DNA of 64,000 nt from Amylibacter sp. (lineage in GTDB: Bacteria; Pseudomonadota; Alphaproteobacteria; Rhodobacterales; Rhodobacteraceae): positions 506,545 through 570,544 of the forward strand of contig CBDFQE010000001.1 of the NCBI GenBank assembly GCA_965250955.1. Direction: 5' to 3'. The position numbers were made by a program, and so were the translations under genes. The notes under the pieces are model-generated. The model did no database searches. It had not been told where the DNA came from and saw only the letters and a program-made list of their open reading frames with translations. Shown here in pieces: positions 1 through 9,306 of the stretch. The stretch's first letter is position 1, and each line of letters opens with the position of its first letter.

Positions 1-590
1 GCCGTTCTCAACAACAGATACCTGCCGTTTCCACGTCTGACCAAATGGAATTCGTTTTTATCATTATTATTCTGCTCAGTATAACCTGATTTTTCGATCT
101 TTGCGATGATTTTGGTAAGATTTGTGCGAATTTCATCAGAATTACCACTATCTAGCGCATATGCGAGCTGAAAGACGCGTTTTGCCTCTCGTAGATTGCC
201 TTGATTGGACAATACAACTCCCAAATTGTTCCAGGCTGGCACAAAACGGTCATCTTTTTCGACGGCACGCTTTAAAAGCTTCTTTGCTTGATTAAGGCGC
301 CCAAGTTTTAAATTGGCAGAACCAAGGGCACTTAACACATCAGAGTTTAACCCGTGTTCTGCTGCGGCGCGGGTATACGCGCGCAAGGCCACCTCGTATT
401 CGCCAGCAGCCATTAGCCGGTGCCCAACAATCAAACCGTCAATGGCTTCAGAGATGTGGGCGATATCAACCGGTGCATTTGGGCCTTGCCCTAAATTTGT
501 CAAAGGATCATTTTGGCTTGATATACAGGCGGTTAAAATGAAGCTTGTTAATATCGCAAATAAAATGTTGGTTGGTTTTGCCTGTTTCAC
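1..590 (-). CDS. tadD: TPR-repeat lipoprotein, TadD-like (partial; 3' end runs off the left window edge)
   Basis: Absent from the ORF track because it is open at the window edge. My minus-strand translation from GTG at 590 gives VKQAKPTNILFAILTSFILTACISSQNDP... (signal peptide plus lipobox LTAC). TPR-like helices follow (GEYEVALRAYTRA, LGRLNQAKKLLKRAVEKD, AWNNLGVVLSNQGNLREAKRVFQLA). It lies 14 nt downstream of tadC, as in tad loci. Confidence 0.6.
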   Translation of the reverse strand, partial: MKQAKPTNILFAILTSFILTACISSQNDPLTNLGQGPNAPVDIAHISEAIDGLIVGHRLMAAGEYEVALRAYTRAAAEHGLNSDVLSALGSANLKLGRLNQAKKLLKRAVEKDDRFVPAWNNLGVVLSNQGNLREAKRVFQLAYALDSGNSDEIRTNLTKIIAKIEKSGYTEQNNNDKNEFHLVRRGNGRYLLLRT

Positions 591-604
591 AGAACTAGCC
601 GATC

Positions 605-1573
605 TTATCCAAGAACTTGCATGATTTGGTATACGGAAGGCCCGACCAAAAGCACCAGCAGTGGTGGCACTGTGAAACCCATTGTACAAAGGGTCATTTT
701 TGTTGGCAGTTTATTGGCTTTTTCTTCAGCGCGCATAATCCTTTTGTCGCGCATTTCGCCAGCATAAACCCGTAAGCTATCCCCGATAGAGGTACCGAAT
801 TGTGCGGATTGCACAAGTACGGTCACAAATGATTTGATGTCCGGAACATCCGCACGTTCAGAAAAATCTTTTAATACCGTTGCTTTTTCCTTACCAGCAC
901 GCATTTCGTTGGCAATAATAATGTATTCATCGGCCAGCTGCGGATATGAGTGCACTAACTCTTTACCCACACGAGCAATACTTTGATCCAGTGATTGGCC
1001 AGCTTCAATACAAACAAGCATTAAGTCCAAGCTATCTGGGAAACCGCTTTCCAGCTCGTCTTTTCGTTTAGTAACACGGCTTTTGATCCAGTAAATTGGT
1101 AAATAATAACCAACACCTGCGGGTGCGGCACCTTTTAATAATTGGTTTGTCATCTCTGTGTCATTTGAGAAGAATATAACGTAAATCACCCCTACAATTA
1201 TGCCTATAATAGCTAATAAAAATTGTATGAAGTGGAAGTGGCGCACTGCGTCTTTAGACCGGTAGCCAGCCCTTAAAAGGTTGAGTTTTCTTTTTGAATA
1301 CTCTTCCACGTCTTGAGGCTCAAGAAAAGAAGCAAACTTGTCTAGGTTTGGCCCTTTCTTTTTTGCAAAACGAAGGCTGGTTGCAGGGTTGTTGGAAGCT
1401 ATTGTATCTGCTTGAAACTGTGTTGGTGACTGTATTCTGTCAAACGGGTCTTTCTTTTTGATAAGCATAAACGGTAGGGTCACCGTGGCCAGAACTAGCC
1501 CGCTTGCACCTAATACTAAAATCGGCCCTAAAGGTCCTAATAGAGATGTGATTGTTTCTATGATACTAGACAT
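605..1573 (-). CDS. tadC: Flp pilus assembly inner-membrane protein TadC (T2SS-F family)
   Basis: ORF track 605..1618. Start trimmed to ATG 1573 (MSSIIETITSLLG), which has an AAGGTG RBS and sits 4 nt after the tadB stop. Polytopic membrane protein with a T2SS-F-like core (GFPDSLDLMLVCIEAGQSLDQSI). Confidence 0.85.
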   Translation of the reverse strand: MSSIIETITSLLGPLGPILVLGASGLVLATVTLPFMLIKKKDPFDRIQSPTQFQADTIASNNPATSLRFAKKKGPNLDKFASFLEPQDVEEYSKRKLNLLRAGYRSKDAVRHFHFIQFLLAIIGIIVGVIYVIFFSNDTEMTNQLLKGAAPAGVGYYLPIYWIKSRVTKRKDELESGFPDSLDLMLVCIEAGQSLDQSIARVGKELVHSYPQLADEYIIIANEMRAGKEKATVLKDFSERADVPDIKSFVTVLVQSAQFGTSIGDSLRVYAGEMRDKRIMRAEEKANKLPTKMTLCTMGFTVPPLLVLLVGPSVYQIMQVLG

Positions 1574-1577
1574 TGCA

Positions 1578-2537
1578 CTACACCTTAATATCGACCATGG
1601 CGCGCATAATAATAACATTAAGCAGCATCATGATTGCAACAATAATACATGCGGGAATGAAGGCAGGTGTGTCCATCACATCGTCATAGTAATTTGGGCG
1701 AATTGCCAAAATAGCCAACAGTGCAACAGCTGGGAATGCAGATAGGAAATAGCCGGAAAACTTTGCTTCCGATGTAATGGCTTTTACACGTCTGAAAAGC
1801 TTGAAACGTGATCGGATCACTTTTCCAAGGCCATCTAATACTTCTGCCAAATTACCACCTGATTGTGCTTGAATACCCACAGCTACGGTTAGAAAACGAA
1901 GGTCTTGGATGTCAACGCGATCAGCCAGATCTTCAAGTGCTACAGTCAGGTCACGGCCATAGGTAGACTCGTCTGAAAGAATGCCAAATTCAGTACCGAT
2001 AGGGTCAGACATTTCTTGGGCGACAACATTGATTGCACTGGAAAAAGGGTGCCCAACACGTAAAGACCGAACGATAAGTTCAACAGCATCGGGTAATTGT
2101 TCTTCGAATAATGCAAGGCGTGCTTTTGCTTTATTGTTCAGCCATATAAAAACGCCACCCACACCCATAGCCACAGAGATAAAAGCAATGATAAGCGGCG
2201 ATATGCTGCTTGCAATGAAAATAATGGTAAAACTTACCATAGAGATAGCAACCATGATCATCACCAGTGCTTTGGGTGAAAATGCGATATTTGCCTGTGC
2301 CGCTTTGTTGCCTAAAATAGAAAACAACGGCACTTTCTTTGATTTAGCATGCTGTTCACGCTCTTTACGCAAGGTGTTAAGAACTTCTTCGTGGCCTTTA
2401 CCTTGTTCCAGCAGGGCTAACCTTCGGTTAACGCGTGAGTTAAGTTTGATATTTTTGCCGAACACGACAAGATACAAACCCTCGATGATCATTAGAACAC
2501 CGATGAACAGTAAAATTAAGAGTGTTGCAATTGACAT
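1578..2537 (-). CDS. tadB: Flp pilus assembly inner-membrane protein TadB (T2SS-F family)
   Basis: 319-aa polytopic protein with a T2SS-F-like segment (LPDAVELIVRSLRVGHPFSSAI). Located between cpaF and tadC. Confidence 0.85.
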   Translation of the reverse strand: MSIATLLILLFIGVLMIIEGLYLVVFGKNIKLNSRVNRRLALLEQGKGHEEVLNTLRKEREQHAKSKKVPLFSILGNKAAQANIAFSPKALVMIMVAISMVSFTIIFIASSISPLIIAFISVAMGVGGVFIWLNNKAKARLALFEEQLPDAVELIVRSLRVGHPFSSAINVVAQEMSDPIGTEFGILSDESTYGRDLTVALEDLADRVDIQDLRFLTVAVGIQAQSGGNLAEVLDGLGKVIRSRFKLFRRVKAITSEAKFSGYFLSAFPAVALLAILAIRPNYYDDVMDTPAFIPACIIVAIMMLLNVIIMRAMVDIKV

Positions 2538-2548
2538 GGTTTACCCTC

Positions 2549-4012
2549 CTACTGGGCTGCTACTTTGGTGTAAATACTTGCAGGCAGGTCATAACCCCAC
2601 TGCTTGAAGCGATCTGCATAGTGTGAGCGCATACCTGTTGGGGTGAAATCCCCAATGATCTTACCGCCAGCACCTGTACCCCGAATTTCATATTTAAAGA
2701 TTTCCTGCATGGAAATAATTCCACCTTCCATCCCGACGATTTCTGTGATGGATGTCATTCGACGTGACCCGTCTTGCAGACGTTTTACCTGTACGATCAG
2801 GTTCACAGCTGATGCGATTTGCGCACGGGATGCAGAGATCGGCAGGTCAACACCTGTCATCGCAATCATATTCTCCAAACGAGCAATAGCATCGCGTGCA
2901 TTATTGGCGTGGATGGTTGTCATGGATCCATCGTGGCCTGTGTTCATTGCTTGAAGCATGTCCAGCACTTCAGAACCACGGGTTTCCCCAACGATAATAC
3001 GGTCCGGGCGCATCCGCAAAGCGTTGCGCAAACAGTCTTCTTGGGTCACAGCGCCACTGCCTTCCACGTTGGCAGGACGGCTTTCCATCCGTGCCAGATG
3101 GGTTTGTTGCAATTGCAACTCGGCTGTGTCTTCGATTGTTGCGATGCGTTCGTCATCGTCAATAAAGCCAGACAACGCATTTAGTGTTGTTGTTTTACCC
3201 GAACCGGTACCACCGGAAACGATAATGTTAAGTCGTGTTGCAACGGCTGACTGTAAATAGGCGGCCATTTCTTCAGTAAAGGCCCCGAATTTGACTAACT
3301 GATCAATGCTCAGCTTTTCTTTCTTGAACTTACGAATGGATACCAATGCACCATCCACCGCAATAGGGGGAACGATTGCGTTGAAACGTGAACCATCCTT
3401 TAGCCGAGCATCTACATAAGGGTTACTTTCATCAACACGGCGCCCAACAGCGGATACGATTTTGTCGATCACGCGCAACAGGTGTTTTTCATCTGCAAAA
3501 CGCACTTTTGACAGTGTTAGTTTACCATTTTTCTCAATGAATATCTGTTTGTGCCCATTGATCAGAATATCGGCGATGTCATCATCCCGCAGCAATGATT
3601 CTAGCGGGCCAAGGCCCGTAACTTCATCCAGTAATTCCTGAACCAAATCGTCTCGCTCTGATTTGTTTAATACAATACCAATTTCTTGCAAACCATCTGC
3701 AGTAACCGCTGTTATCTCACGTCGCAAATCGGCTTCGGAAGCTTTATCAATCGCAGCTAAGTTCAATGTTTCTAGTAAACGTTTGTGCATTTGCATGCGC
3801 ACATCCATTAAACGCTCTTTGCGTTTCTGATCCTTTGACGACGCTTCTGATGAAACCGGTGCCGCTGCGGGCTCTTTTATAGGCACAACGGCTTTTGGTT
3901 TTTCAAGAGACGCGGGGGCTGAAGGTTGAACAACTGGTGGTGGTGCTTCCTGTACAACCTCTGCTACTGCTTTAGGTTTATCTGGCGTTGATTTGCTATA
4001 TCTTTTAAACAT
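2549..4012 (-). CDS. cpaF: Flp pilus assembly ATPase CpaF/TadA
   Basis: Walker A GGTGSGKTT, plus IATIEDTAEL and IIVGETRG (VirB11/T2SS-E type secretion ATPase). Low-complexity Pro/Ala-rich N-terminus. Confidence 0.95.
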   Translation of the reverse strand: MFKRYSKSTPDKPKAVAEVVQEAPPPVVQPSAPASLEKPKAVVPIKEPAAAPVSSEASSKDQKRKERLMDVRMQMHKRLLETLNLAAIDKASEADLRREITAVTADGLQEIGIVLNKSERDDLVQELLDEVTGLGPLESLLRDDDIADILINGHKQIFIEKNGKLTLSKVRFADEKHLLRVIDKIVSAVGRRVDESNPYVDARLKDGSRFNAIVPPIAVDGALVSIRKFKKEKLSIDQLVKFGAFTEEMAAYLQSAVATRLNIIVSGGTGSGKTTTLNALSGFIDDDERIATIEDTAELQLQQTHLARMESRPANVEGSGAVTQEDCLRNALRMRPDRIIVGETRGSEVLDMLQAMNTGHDGSMTTIHANNARDAIARLENMIAMTGVDLPISASRAQIASAVNLIVQVKRLQDGSRRMTSITEIVGMEGGIISMQEIFKYEIRGTGAGGKIIGDFTPTGMRSHYADRFKQWGYDLPASIYTKVAAQ

Positions 4013-4017
4013 GGGCG

Positions 4018-5316
4018 TTACTCAGCTGCGGCAGAAAGTTGCTGCCCCTCGCAGAGCTCTGCGAAGGTTTCTGCGATTTTGACTATATCTTTACGAAGCG
4101 GGTTCTTTGTGGCCATTTCAGCCAAAGGAACGCCGTGATCGCCCGAAGCTGGTACATGCTTTCCGCCATCGGAAAGCTGCCAGCGTAATTCAATATTCAG
4201 CGATTCCGTCATACTTTTCAGGCGTGATTTTCCGCTTAGATCAGTCATTTTGGGTGCGCGATTAAGAATAAACTGGGCCTTTTCGAAAGGTAAGTCTTCT
4301 GCTTTCAATGCGCGCAAAAATCTTTGTATATTTTGCGCGGATCGCATTTCCAGACCCACCAAACATAAGTACAGTTCGCACTCTTGTAATAGTATTTCTG
4401 ACCAACTTACTAATGTACGTGGGACGTCGATAATAACTACATCATAACAGGATCTTGCTAGACTAATGATTTGTTTGACATCCTCAGGGCTGATAAATTC
4501 TAAAGGAACAGCATCTTGCGGGGAAGGCAGAACCGCCAGTTTATCTTTATACTTTGAAACAATTTGCTTAAAGGATTCGGCATCCGCATTACCAATGTCC
4601 GAGATCAGTTCAAATGCAGCTTCATTCTTGGCAACGTCTAGATATGTTGCAACGGAACCAAACTGAAAATCAAAGTCCATAATACAAACAGTTTTGCCTT
4701 TAGGGTTTAGAATAGTTTGCATTTCCCATGCCAGATTGGTCGAAAATGTTGTTGCACCAACACCACCTGCCAGTCCGTAAACGGGAAGAAGCACACCTTG
4801 TTTTACCGCTGTTGGCGCCGACGTTGCTGCAGATGCAGCAGGTGCCCCATCTGATTGTACAAAAACTTCTTTGATGATTACTTTTTCTTCGGGCACTGTT
4901 AGCACACGGTCAACCGCTTCGTTTAAAGCATTTTCCGGAATTGGATAAGGCACAAAATCGTCGGCACCTAGGCGCATCAGTTTATGCAAAGATATGGCTG
5001 ACAGGTCATGTGTGACCAATATTACTTTAATACCGCGTTCTTTTGCGGTAAAAATAATACTGTCTACTACACTTAAATCGGTTTCATCATTTTTATCCAA
5101 AGCGATTGCGATAAATTTCAATGTATCTGCATGTGAACTGCGCAGAATATCTTCTGCATTATTGAAATCTAATCCACCCCAGCTTGCGCCAAGCCGGGCT
5201 TCCAAATCTTCAATCAGTACCCCGAAATTTTCAAGATCACGCGCAATTGCACATGCTTCGATTGTATCGGCGTCTACTTCATTTACTTCTTCTGCTACAC
5301 TCATTTTAATGCCCAA
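4018..5316 (-). CDS. cpaE: Flp pilus assembly protein CpaE/TadZ (receiver-like N-domain plus ParA/MinD-like ATPase domain)
   Basis: C-terminal deviant Walker A region VYGLAGGVGATTFSTNLAWE and DVVIIDVP. Sits between the OmpA-like gene and cpaF. An alternative ATG start exists at 5304. Confidence 0.8.
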   Translation of the reverse strand: MGIKMSVAEEVNEVDADTIEACAIARDLENFGVLIEDLEARLGASWGGLDFNNAEDILRSSHADTLKFIAIALDKNDETDLSVVDSIIFTAKERGIKVILVTHDLSAISLHKLMRLGADDFVPYPIPENALNEAVDRVLTVPEEKVIIKEVFVQSDGAPAASAATSAPTAVKQGVLLPVYGLAGGVGATTFSTNLAWEMQTILNPKGKTVCIMDFDFQFGSVATYLDVAKNEAAFELISDIGNADAESFKQIVSKYKDKLAVLPSPQDAVPLEFISPEDVKQIISLARSCYDVVIIDVPRTLVSWSEILLQECELYLCLVGLEMRSAQNIQRFLRALKAEDLPFEKAQFILNRAPKMTDLSGKSRLKSMTESLNIELRWQLSDGGKHVPASGDHGVPLAEMATKNPLRKDIVKIAETFAELCEGQQLSAAAE

Positions 5317-5445
5317 TCTTTAATCCCTTCGGCGTTTTCGTCGTAAGAGAGAAATTTCCTCTTGAATGATGTAGCCTTGAAATGTGTCATTTTTGCGGGG
5401 GTAATGATAAAAATATACGTATTTTAGTGACTAAATAATCATAAA

Positions 5446-5476
5446 TAAAAAATGGCTCCTCTGAGAGAGAAGCCAT
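5446..5476 (-). terminator. Rho-independent terminator candidate downstream of the OmpA-like gene
   Basis: 10-bp arms at 5452-5461 and 5467-5476 (one G-U pair on the minus-strand RNA), followed by a T-run on the minus strand. Confidence 0.55.
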
Positions 5477-5509
5477 TCCAGCTTTATCAACTATAGGTGT
5501 ATAGCGTAT

Positions 5510-6193
5510 TTAACCGCCGCCAGCGGTTGTACTTGCGGCAACAATACCTTGATCTCTTTCACTCAAAATTTCCTGATTTTCCAGCGTGATGTATCGATTG
5601 TATACTTCCAAAGCATATTTCCCATCAAGTGTACCACCTTTCTTAGCGCCTCCAAAGCCAGAAACTTCCGTAACTGTTCGGCGGTTCTGGCGGTTTGGAC
5701 CTTCTGTTAGTACAAGTGGCTGTGTTTCACCAAAAGAAGCAACTGCGCGCACTTTTGACCGACTTACGCCTAATGAAATCATATAGTTAACGGCATTCAG
5801 CGCACGTCGCTTGCCTAATGCCTTATTAAAGAAATTTCCGCCAACTTTGTCAGTATGTCCAAAAACAGTAAAGGTGATCTGCGGCCGTGCTTTTATCCAT
5901 GCAGCTTGTTGTTGAAGGGCCGCACGGGCTTGCCCATCAAGCTGCGATGAGTTGAACGCAAAATTGATTGTGGCAGGGGTATCGCTTGCAAATTTTCGCG
6001 TAAGATTGGCCAGCATTGCGCTTGTTTGAAGGCCAGCTTGTACCGCAATATTGTTCGCGTTCGCTGCACCAAACGGGCCATTGCGTACTTCAGGCTGCAC
6101 TTCGTGATCGCTGAATATAAAATAGTCGGCACCACCACAGGCTGAAAGTATTACGGCACAAACGGAAAGGGATAAGGTTGAAATTTTCATCAT
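5510..6193 (-). CDS. OmpA-family peptidoglycan-binding lipoprotein in the tad locus
   Basis: Signal peptide with lipobox LSAC. C-terminal OmpA-like domain (FNSSQLDGQARAALQQQAAWI...FGHTDKVG...NKALGKRRALNAVNYM). Confidence 0.8.
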   Translation of the reverse strand: MMKISTLSLSVCAVILSACGGADYFIFSDHEVQPEVRNGPFGAANANNIAVQAGLQTSAMLANLTRKFASDTPATINFAFNSSQLDGQARAALQQQAAWIKARPQITFTVFGHTDKVGGNFFNKALGKRRALNAVNYMISLGVSRSKVRAVASFGETQPLVLTEGPNRQNRRTVTEVSGFGGAKKGGTLDGKYALEVYNRYITLENQEILSERDQGIVAASTTAGGG

Positions 6194-6194
6194 A

Positions 6195-7613
6195 TCACTC
6201 CATCACATAGCCATAAGAGCCACTGAAATCTTGCGCAGCAACTGTTCCGCGTTTCACTGTTCTTTTGCCACCTTCTACTTTCCCACGTAAGAAAAGATCG
6301 TTTTCGCTAGGTAGTTTAACCCGGTCTGTCGGTAGGGTAAGGGTATCGCCATCTACGGGTGTTACCAGATGCGGCGTAACAATAACTACAAGTTCGGTTT
6401 GCGAACGTGAATAGTCGGCACTTCTGAATAAGGCCCCTAAAATAGGAATATCCCCCAGCCAAGGAACCTGTCCTGCCAGATCTCTGAAATTATCTTGCAA
6501 TAGCCCTGCAATCGCAAGGCTTTGCCCGTCACGAATTTCAACAGCAGTTGAAGCCTGACGTTTTGTAAAGGCAGGGATGCTGATACCCCCACTTTCAAAT
6601 GCATTTGTGGGATCAATTTCACTTACGGACGTATCGATGACCAGATTAATTAAGTCGCCGTCTATGACCGTCGGAATGAATTTCATCTCGATACCAAAAG
6701 GTTTAAATTCGACAGTAATAGTGCCGTTGTTATCTTGCGCTACAGGTATTGGAAATTCGCCACCTGCAAGGAAGGTAGCTTCTGCGCCGGATAATGCCAC
6801 CAGATTTGGCTCGGCTAAAGTACGAACTAACCCTTTGCTTTCCAATGCTTCCAGTAATACGGAAATAGCCAGGCCGCCAGATGTGAACCCAATATTAAGA
6901 ATTCCATTTGGTGCTGTCAGTCGTGTGTTTCCCGTCGCCAAAGAGCTGTTGGTAGTTCGCGACCCAGCACTACCAAAAGGAACGCTGGATGATGCAAGTC
7001 CAAGTGACGTACTGAAACTTTTAGCGACTGTGCGCTGCATTTCAGCGAAACGCACTTTCAGCATGACTTGCTGAGACCCGCCAACAGATAGAAGGTTGGT
7101 CAGTTTGTATTCTGAAAGGTTTTCATCAAATACAGCGTAACGTTTGGCTAAATCCATGGCTAGGGCGACTTTTGCAGCCCCGGACACTGTGCCGCTTAGA
7201 ACAATACCATCATTCGCAGAACGCACTCTGATTTTTTCACGAGGTAGAATTTCTTTTAGAAGTTCTTTAAGCTCGGCTAAATCCGGTGTGACTTTGATAT
7301 CCACGTTGGTAATAAGCTTACCGTCAGGGCCTAAAAGCGTCAAAACGGTTCGTCCAGGTGCTTTGCCCAAGATGTAAATTGTTTTGTCGGAAAGAGTTGC
7401 GATATCCGCAATGCCAGGGTTTGCAACGGAAAGTTCTGCAAATGGCTGATCCGACTCCATCACAATAGCTCGGTTCAATTTTACCGAGATTGCACTGGTT
7501 GTAGATCCGCGCATGATTTTAAGTGTGTTTTGTGCATATGACATATGAGCGGGCAATGTTGCGCTCAACAACAAGCCGGTCAAAACCGTGCCTAGTAGTT
7601 TTGTAAGTTTCAT
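6195..7613 (-). CDS. cpaC: Flp pilus secretin CpaC/RcpA
   Basis: ORF track 6195..7634. Start trimmed to ATG 7613 (MKLTKLLGTVLTGLLLSA signal peptide, GAGAGG RBS). Secretin C-terminal region (LAEPNLVALSGAEATFLAGGEFP...ELVVIVTPHLV). Confidence 0.9.
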   Translation of the reverse strand: MKLTKLLGTVLTGLLLSATLPAHMSYAQNTLKIMRGSTTSAISVKLNRAIVMESDQPFAELSVANPGIADIATLSDKTIYILGKAPGRTVLTLLGPDGKLITNVDIKVTPDLAELKELLKEILPREKIRVRSANDGIVLSGTVSGAAKVALAMDLAKRYAVFDENLSEYKLTNLLSVGGSQQVMLKVRFAEMQRTVAKSFSTSLGLASSSVPFGSAGSRTTNSSLATGNTRLTAPNGILNIGFTSGGLAISVLLEALESKGLVRTLAEPNLVALSGAEATFLAGGEFPIPVAQDNNGTITVEFKPFGIEMKFIPTVIDGDLINLVIDTSVSEIDPTNAFESGGISIPAFTKRQASTAVEIRDGQSLAIAGLLQDNFRDLAGQVPWLGDIPILGALFRSADYSRSQTELVVIVTPHLVTPVDGDTLTLPTDRVKLPSENDLFLRGKVEGGKRTVKRGTVAAQDFSGSYGYVME

Positions 7614-7790
7614 GTGATCTGCCTCTCTGACCACTGTTTTCGTTTTTTATTATTTTTCTTATCATGCGACATTTCTGTTTTTATTGCAAGAATCAATAGT
7701 TTATTCGTGTTTCTTACTGTGGATAACTCGCAACAGTCTGTGGGATGCCTTTGAATGCAGAAGCTGTATAATTTGCATCTTGCATTGAAT

Positions 7791-7824
7791 AATAAGCAAA
7801 AAAGGCGCATGAAGATGCGCCTTT
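7791..7824 (-). terminator. Rho-independent terminator candidate between cpaB and cpaC
   Basis: Perfect 10-bp arms at 7801-7810 and 7815-7824 with a GAAG loop. The minus strand reads ATGCGCCTTTTTGCTTATT. Confidence 0.55.
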
Positions 7825-7846
7825 CTGGAAAACTTGTAATGTTGTT

Positions 7847-8704
7847 TTAGTTGGAACAGGGGATTGGAACCTCAATAACCTCTGCGCCTTTACGTGTTTT
7901 AATTGTGCAAACACGTTTAACTTGTTCGGCCTCAACCTGAATTGTTTCGCGTCCCAATAGATCATTTTGTGTGACCTCAATCGCACCCGAAACTGTTTCG
8001 TCGTCTACTCCGCGTAAAGACAACAGCAGCTTACCTGTTGATTGTGCTTGCGCTAAACTGGCAACAATTTTTGGAGATACTGCAACGGTTACAGTTTTAG
8101 CAACTGTTGGCTCTGCGGTGGATTTACCAGAGGTTTGATCAATTGCGATTAATGAAATACCGTCCATAATCAATCTAGTTACTGTCTCACCGCGTCTTTC
8201 ACCGCTACCGCTGAGCTGACCCGTCCAATAAATATCAATTTTATCACCAGGACGCAGAAAGCCGGATACACCAGAGGCAACATCAACGCGTAATGTGAAT
8301 GCCCGCATACCTTTTTCTAAACGCGATGCAACGCCCGCATCTTCACCCAGATCGGTAACTTTGGTCGCTAGTATGATTTCACCTGCATCAACAACACGGA
8401 TCACGATGCGTGCATCTGTTTCGTCTTCTGCACCGAAAAGATCTTCGATTTTAGTAAATGCAGTCTCTGGCACGCTGTCCGCAGGCCATTCGATGATTTT
8501 CACATCCTCTTTTGTCAGAACCTGCCCATATCGAAGCTCAGTAGCAGCTACATAAACCTCTGCCAGTTCAACATTTTTAGTAATACGTTCTTTGAGTTCG
8601 GCAATCCTTGCTTGATTTGCGCCAAATTGCTGTGCTGCAAAATAGACTGCACCCCCAGCCAGAGCGACGCCAAGTATTAATACCAGTGCAAAAACAATAC
8701 GCAT
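7847..8704 (-). CDS. cpaB: Flp pilus assembly protein CpaB/RcpC
   Basis: N-terminal TM helix (IVFALVLILGVALAGGAVYF) followed by a SAF/RcpC-like body. Immediately downstream of the flp gene. Confidence 0.85.
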   Translation of the reverse strand: MRIVFALVLILGVALAGGAVYFAAQQFGANQARIAELKERITKNVELAEVYVAATELRYGQVLTKEDVKIIEWPADSVPETAFTKIEDLFGAEDETDARIVIRVVDAGEIILATKVTDLGEDAGVASRLEKGMRAFTLRVDVASGVSGFLRPGDKIDIYWTGQLSGSGERRGETVTRLIMDGISLIAIDQTSGKSTAEPTVAKTVTVAVSPKIVASLAQAQSTGKLLLSLRGVDDETVSGAIEVTQNDLLGRETIQVEAEQVKRVCTIKTRKGAEVIEVPIPCSN

Positions 8705-8761
8705 GATAACCCCTTAAAATTAGCTAGATATTATGCTTCACAATCATTACAATCAGACTTT

Positions 8762-8800
8762 ATGAAACAAAGAAGGGATAGCTACATGGCAGCTATCCCT
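8762..8800 (-). terminator. Rho-independent terminator/attenuator candidate after the flp pilin gene
   Basis: Perfect 10-bp arms at 8774-8783 (agggatagct) and 8791-8800 (agctatccct). A T-rich tract (TCTTTGTTTC) follows on the minus strand. Confidence 0.65.
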
Positions 8801-8831
8801 CTGTTTAGTATATGGATATTCCATATGTCTC

Positions 8832-8975
8832 TTAAAGAGAGATATCAGAGATCGCTTTAGTAACTTTAGTCGCCAGTGCAGAACCTACGCCCACTGCGAG
8901 CAAAACAGCACCAGCTGTCAGAACTACGAAATCAACTGTTACAGCGCCTGATTCATCATTTAAAAACTTTTTCAT
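8832..8975 (-). CDS. flp: Flp-family type IVb pilin (47 aa)
   Basis: Below the ORF-track size cut-off. My translation is MKKFLNDESGAVTVDFVVLTAGAVLLAVGVGSALATKVTKAISDISL. A GGAGGG RBS lies 6 nt upstream. Flp-type processing motif G/AVTVDF followed by a hydrophobic helix. Confidence 0.85.
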   Translation of the reverse strand: MKKFLNDESGAVTVDFVVLTAGAVLLAVGVGSALATKVTKAISDISL

Positions 8976-9306
8976 TTGTGTACCCTCCAAGGTCTCTAAG
9001 TTAAGAAAGCTATTTGTTTGTTTGGGATTGTTCCCGTGCTTTCGAGACCTAATAAGCCCTTTAAATGCGGCAACAGTTTGGCTGGCCTAAAAAAAAGTAA
9101 AAATAAATCAGATTAAACTGTATTTATTTTTTTAACATAATTAAAACATGTAGTTATAGTGCAATTTTTTTTTATAAGCCTCGCATATTTAATGCGGGTA
9201 GGTTGGACTATGTCAGTAATGCCACAGTATTTGCGCAAATATGGCCATATTCCCCCCGTTTTAAATAAAATCACGTATAAAGATTTAAAAAAAAGAGCAG
9301 GTTTCA

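Noticed and set aside
313-624. A 103-aa plus-strand ORF at the left edge.
   Set aside because: It lies antisense to a much better minus-strand reading, the lipoprotein with TPR repeats that is contiguous with the tad operon.
7614-7846. The cpaB-cpaC gap as the location of a missing prepilin peptidase (ORFs 7610..7810 and 7714..7986).
   Set aside because: The translations are low-complexity or basic with no TM helices and none of the Asp motifs of A24 peptidases. The gap contains a terminator hairpin and looks non-coding.
9113-9127. A CtrA-box-like sequence (ttaaactgtatttat, TTAA-N7-TTAT) upstream of flp.
   Set aside because: The second half-site is imperfect and the region is generally AT-rich, so a chance match is likely. 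It is not reported as a feature.
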